Shown here: positions 62,085 to 64,000 of the stretch, one piece after another
How the letters are laid out: every line of letters begins with the position of its first letter
Position numbering within the stretch: position 1 is the first letter of the stretch
From: Lama glama
Taxonomy: Eukaryota
Reading direction: 5' to 3'
Assembly: GCA_028534125.1 (NCBI GenBank)
Contig: CM052832.1
Coordinates: 13,146,001 to 13,210,000 of the forward strand
Length of the DNA stretch: 64,000 nucleotides
Notes under the pieces: model-generated
What the model was told of the DNA's origin: nothing
Seen by the model: the letters and a program-made list of their open reading frames with translations, nothing else
Databases searched by the model: none
Program-made: the position numbers and the translations under genes

Positions 62085-62465
62085 ATCCATTAGCTATCAA
62101 TATTTACCATATGAGAAATTAAAATTGAGAAACATTTTAAATTATGTATTAATTCATTTAAAAATAACAATAGTTTAACCCATTACAGGTTAGCAGAAGT
62201 AACATCTTTTTTGAAAAATAACTGTATTTTCCAAAACAAGTCATTTAGTGAGAAGAGTGCTTTGTTTTATATTTTAAAAAATCTCTTTAATGTCTGACTT
62301 AACAGAAGAGTTGGATTTTCATATCTGCTTCTGCAGTCAATCTGTTATGATATCACTGTTGGATAACTTCTAGAAAATTCCATGTCTTATCAGCATTATT
62401 ATGAAAATAGCTTTGGCCTCATGGACTCCCATGTGGGTTCTTGGTCCGTACTTTGAGAACTGCTA
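62085..62465. mobile_element. hAT-Charlie-type DNA transposon remnant
   Basis: AT-rich, with tttagtgagaagagtg...aaatctctttaatgtctgacttaa...attattatgaaaatagctttg...actttgagaactgct, resembling a Charlie1/MER-type end. Confidence 0.7.
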
Positions 62466-64000
62466 TTATGTATGGAGGTATAAATTGTTAGCCAACATGA
62501 ATTGAGCAATTTTTTCTGAGACACACAATGTGCTAAGTTAGTGTCGGCTTATTTGATGTATTATAATATGTAATGTACTACATAGTATGATATCATGTCT
62601 GATGTATTATGATCCTCATTTCACAAAGAGGTTAAGGGACCTGCCCAAGGTCACACAGCCACTGGGTAGAAGAGATTTGAACCCAAGTAGTCTGGTTCTA
62701 GAGCCGGGGTCCTTAACTACTAGGTTATAGTGTCCCAAACTCTGCTTTCAGGGGCTTCTAGTTGGGGAATAAGACACAGAATTGATAGGCCAGGGCCACA
62801 TAGCAATGACCAAATCAACTCAAACACAACTGCTCAGTCTGATTTCTCTACTTGTCTGTTTACCTTGGTGGGTCTGGAGGAACTTAACAGCAGGACTAAA
62901 CCTTCCCCACATGTTCTCCCAGCAGAGGGTGTGGTGTGCAGTAGGTGATCACAGAGGATCTTTCATAAATCTGTGCTTAAATGAGTAGGAAGCACAGACC
63001 AAATGTGTAACAGCAGGTGATGATGAAAACTCCTACACCTATTAGTGCTGGCGATCTGGACGCTACTGGAGTTCAGACAAGGGGGAGAACCCAGCTGACA
63101 TGTTGACTAGAGCTTCTTTTCAAGCTTCCTGAGCCTCAGTTTCTCCACCTCTTTGCTGGGGCTGATAGGGTTGCTGAGGATTAAAGGAGATCATGAAGGC
63201 AACTGTGCCTAACAGGGGCTCAGCTTCTATTGGATGTCTGGGAAGGACTGAATCTGAATTCCCTAAAGCCTAAATTCAGTTTGCCCCCACACTTCTAGCT
63301 CAGCTGGTGACTTCCTTCCTAGCTTATAATTAAATGAAGCAATGTAAGTGAAAGTGCTTTGGAATCTCTAAAGCTCTAGACGATGCTAGGTGCTGTTTTG
63401 GGTCTAGTTTTCTGGTATTGGTAAACAGTCTGTGTTTAATACCCTTTAGGCTCTCCCTCCTCCTCCTGCTTCCCCACTCCTCCCTTCTTCTCCTTCATCC
63501 AGGGATGGCAGCAGTTTCTTTGATTTAAGCTGTTTCACAGCTTGTGGAGGTGGGGGCTCCCTCCCTTCCTCTTGAGATTGTCAGCTTCTTTTCTTTTGGG
63601 GCATCTTTGGCTGAGTTCTGTCTTTCCCTAGAATATTTGCAAGGAAAAGAGACTAATTCCCAGCATCTGGCTGAATTAAAATAATTACATCTGAACGGCT
63701 TTGCTTCTGTCGTTCTAGCATTCAGTGGGAGGATCAAAGGAAGAGGGTGGAGTCTGAGAGATGGTTTTTCACCAGAGCAGGGCTTCCTGCTCAAATGAAT
63801 ACATTCTGCCGAAGTAGACAAACCCTCCCTTCATCCATGGGGATGGTGTGGACTGGCAGGGACCAGCAAAGGATTAGAGTGGACTCCACCGGGTCACTAG
63901 CATACTTTGATGGGTTATAGAAAAGCCCTGCTCATCTAGAATTTAAATACCAAGAAAGTTTCAACAATCAGAATTTGATCCAAAATATTTTTCAGTGATA

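Noticed and set aside
60978..64000. CPNE5 exon 9 (start of C2B, expected to contain a DKKDFFGKSDP-like motif)
   Set aside because: No such coding sequence found; it must lie downstream of the window.

Overview
Mammalian genomic DNA, most likely a camelid, judged from three tRNA-derived SINEs resembling the camelid Vic-1 family. It holds two head-to-tail genes on the + strand. The first is the 3' end of PPIL1 (last two coding exons, 3055-3123 and 3704-3924, with a poly(A) signal near 4866). The second is the CpG-island promoter and first eight coding exons of CPNE5 (copine-5; ATG at 18113, exon 8 ending at 60977). These eight exons join with consistent GT-AG phases into 176 open codons covering the C2A domain; the rest of CPNE5 lies beyond the window. 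Introns and intergenic DNA are dominated by old MIR, L2, L1M, MaLR/ERV LTR and hAT-type repeats. The most unusual structure is an array of ~40-bp units in CPNE5 intron 1 (~27840-30465). Its unit resembles the LINE-2 3' end and contains an internal dyad. The array is split by a young antisense, 5'-truncated L1 with a perfect 14-bp target-site duplication and a 500-N assembly gap. Other leads are a frame-preserving 60-nt CPNE5 exon, several candidate cryptic, micro- or alternative first exons in intron 3, and retro-insertions next to the PPIL1 poly(A) site. Almost all ORFs in the supplied track are spurious. I see no prokaryotic-type system. Repeat subfamily names and boundaries of old repeats were judged by eye and are approximate; comparisons with human proteins are from memory.
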